In this document: positions 48,183 through 49,488 of the stretch, in pieces | Layout: every line of letters begins with the position of its first letter | Numbering within the stretch: position 1 is the first letter of the stretch | Source: Flavobacteria bacterium MS024-2A | GTDB taxonomy: Bacteria; Bacteroidota; Bacteroidia; Flavobacteriales; Flavobacteriaceae | Assembly: GCA_905181895.1 (NCBI GenBank) | Contig: CAJJAB010000009.1 | Location: 1-49,488 of the forward strand | Direction of reading: 5' to 3' | Length of the DNA: 49,488 nt | Translations under genes and position numbers: made by a program | Notes under the pieces: model-generated | The model's input: only the letters and a program-made list of their open reading frames with translations | Told to the model about the DNA's origin: nothing | The model's database searches: none

Positions 48183-49488
48183 TTAATTGTGACTTAAAAA
48201 ATTATTGACGGCCTTTACACTTACAGTATTTGTTTTGAAATAAATTAACGCTTTTTCTTTTTGCTTTTCAGTTGCTTGGAGTTGATTCAAAATATTAAAT
48301 AAATGCATTTTCATATGGCCTTTTTGAATTCCAGAAGTTACTAAAGAACGTAACGCACTAAAATTTTGTGCTAAGCCTGCCGCTGCAATAATTGTCATTA
48401 ATGTTTTAGCATCAGGGTTTCCAATAAGTTCCATACACCAGCCTACCATGGGGTGAAGTTTTGTCAATCCACCTACAGTTCCAATCGCAAGAGGCAAGGT
48501 TAGTTCCATATTAAATTGATCTTTTGAAATTGAAGCTTGACTCAAAGAAGAATAATGTCCCGAGCGAGCTGCATAAGAATGAACTCCAGCTTCTATAGCT
48601 CTAAAATCATTTCCAGTAGCCAAAACAAGAGCGTCAACGCCATTCATTATTCCTTTGTTATGAGTTACTGCACGATAGGTTTCACAATTAGCAATTTCAA
48701 TGGCTTGTATGATTTTTTTAGCAAAAACCACCCCACTCATTCCCTCTTGAGGTTCAATAGTATTTATAGGACAAGATACTTTTGCACGAACCAAGCATTC
48801 CGGAACATAGTTGGAAAGGATACTCATTATTACCTCTATTCTGGAGTTTTGCGACGCAAAAGACTTATTCTGTTGACTTTGCTCTTCTAATGCACCGGCT
48901 AAAGATTCAAGACAAGAATTAATAAAATTTGCACCCATTGCATCAGCGGTTCTAAACCGAACGTGTAATTGATAATAATGGTCTATCGCAATTGTTTTAT
49001 CGATCAAATCTAAACTAACAACACCTCCGCCTCGCTTTTCCATATTAACTGTCAAAGGTTTTATAGCATCTAACAAAGCGATTTCATTGTTTTTAAAAAA
49101 AGAGGTTAATATTGAAGGATCCCCATCAAAAAGAAAATGAACTTGTCCTACTTTAATAGTATCAATAACTTCTACATCAAATCCACCTTTGTTAAGCCAA
49201 AACTTGGCAGCATTCGCTGCGGCAGCCACTACAGAACTTTCCTCTATGACCATGGGTAAGGTATAAACAGTATTGTTTATCAAGAAGTTGGGAGCCACAC
49301 CAAGGGGCATATAAAAGTTTGTTAAGGTATTTTCCACAAATTCATCATGTTGATTTTGAACATTAAGAGATGAATTCCAATAAGAACGAAGACGATTGGC
49401 AGCGTTTTTTGAATCTTTGAAGTGGGTTTTGGTTATCCAATCAATTTTTTTTTCTTTACTGAGCTTGGAAAACCCAACAATCCGTTTA
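48183..49488 (-). CDS. Hydroxymethylglutaryl-CoA reductase, class II (N-terminus outside window)
   Basis: Has ENTLTNFYMPLGVAPNFLING, MVIEESSVVAAAANAAKF, DAMGANFIN, and GTVGG...HP. The frame stays open upstream of the GTG 49337 used by the ORF track: my hand translation reads KRIVGFSKLSKEKKIDWITKTHF...HDEFVENT, so the gene continues past 49488. Confidence 0.9.
   Translation of the reverse strand, partial: KRIVGFSKLSKEKKIDWITKTHFKDSKNAANRLRSYWNSSLNVQNQHDEFVENTLTNFYMPLGVAPNFLINNTVYTLPMVIEESSVVAAAANAAKFWLNKGGFDVEVIDTIKVGQVHFLFDGDPSILTSFFKNNEIALLDAIKPLTVNMEKRGGGVVSLDLIDKTIAIDHYYQLHVRFRTADAMGANFINSCLESLAGALEEQSQQNKSFASQNSRIEVIMSILSNYVPECLVRAKVSCPINTIEPQEGMSGVVFAKKIIQAIEIANCETYRAVTHNKGIMNGVDALVLATGNDFRAIEAGVHSYAARSGHYSSLSQASISKDQFNMELTLPLAIGTVGGLTKLHPMVGWCMELIGNPDAKTLMTIIAAAGLAQNFSALRSLVTSGIQKGHMKMHLFNILNQLQATEKQKEKALIYFKTNTVSVKAVNNFLSHN

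Noticed and set aside
16111-48890. Nested or antisense ORFs 16111..16515, 16428..16727, 19294..19536, 19401..19679, 19806..20000, 20214..20396, 22193..22414, 24028..24324, 32750..32941, 35651..35983, 40498..40683, 41773..41961, 42641..42829, 46116..46382 and 48537..48890.
   Set aside because: For the same reason: they are shadow frames of rng, ssb, gldE, the EamA transporter, the M20 peptidase, the BNR protein, the DUF5916-like protein, the outer-membrane/TPR proteins, ppiD and HMG-CoA reductase.

Overview
This 49.5-kb window is a low-GC, gene-dense chromosomal segment that reads like core genome of a Flavobacteriia-type Bacteroidota. The evidence for that lineage is mutY-ssb-gldE-gldD, several TonB-dependent/outer-membrane barrel proteins, an isolated atpD-atpC pair, class II HMG-CoA reductase plus a GHMP kinase (mevalonate pathway), and recurring TAnnTTTG promoter boxes. 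I call 47 protein-coding genes, two of them partial at the window edges. One of the 47 is a 29-codon ultra-basic peptide gene that is absent from the ORF track. I also call one truncated, stop-interrupted gene remnant, one tRNA-Phe(GAA), four hairpin terminators and four promoter boxes. I found no CRISPR array, transposase, integrase, phage gene or recognisable defence gene. About 30 short ORFs in the track are nested in or antisense to clearly conserved genes and are rejected. The most interesting content is the operon at 1754-10687, which is nearly gapless and processes acyl-CoA. It combines an ACAD10/ACAD11-type kinase plus atypical acyl-CoA dehydrogenase pair, a 4-hydroxybutyryl-CoA-dehydratase-like gene with a CxxxC motif, an ACAD pair whose second member appears to lack a catalytic Glu, two hydratases and SDRs. 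It lies next to the remnant of a lactonase-fold gene. I read it as a candidate 4-hydroxyacid/gamma-lactone catabolic system; this is inference only. Other items worth a second look:
- a vSET-sized 122-aa SET-domain methyltransferase
- a four-helix membrane protein with a His-Lys at the start of each helix, in an operon with YceI
- an SSB whose C-terminal tip reads DDLPS instead of ending in Phe
- an HMA-MauE fusion
- an orphan strong terminator 170 nt downstream of the SET gene
All functional calls come from reading motifs by eye. No database search was possible.
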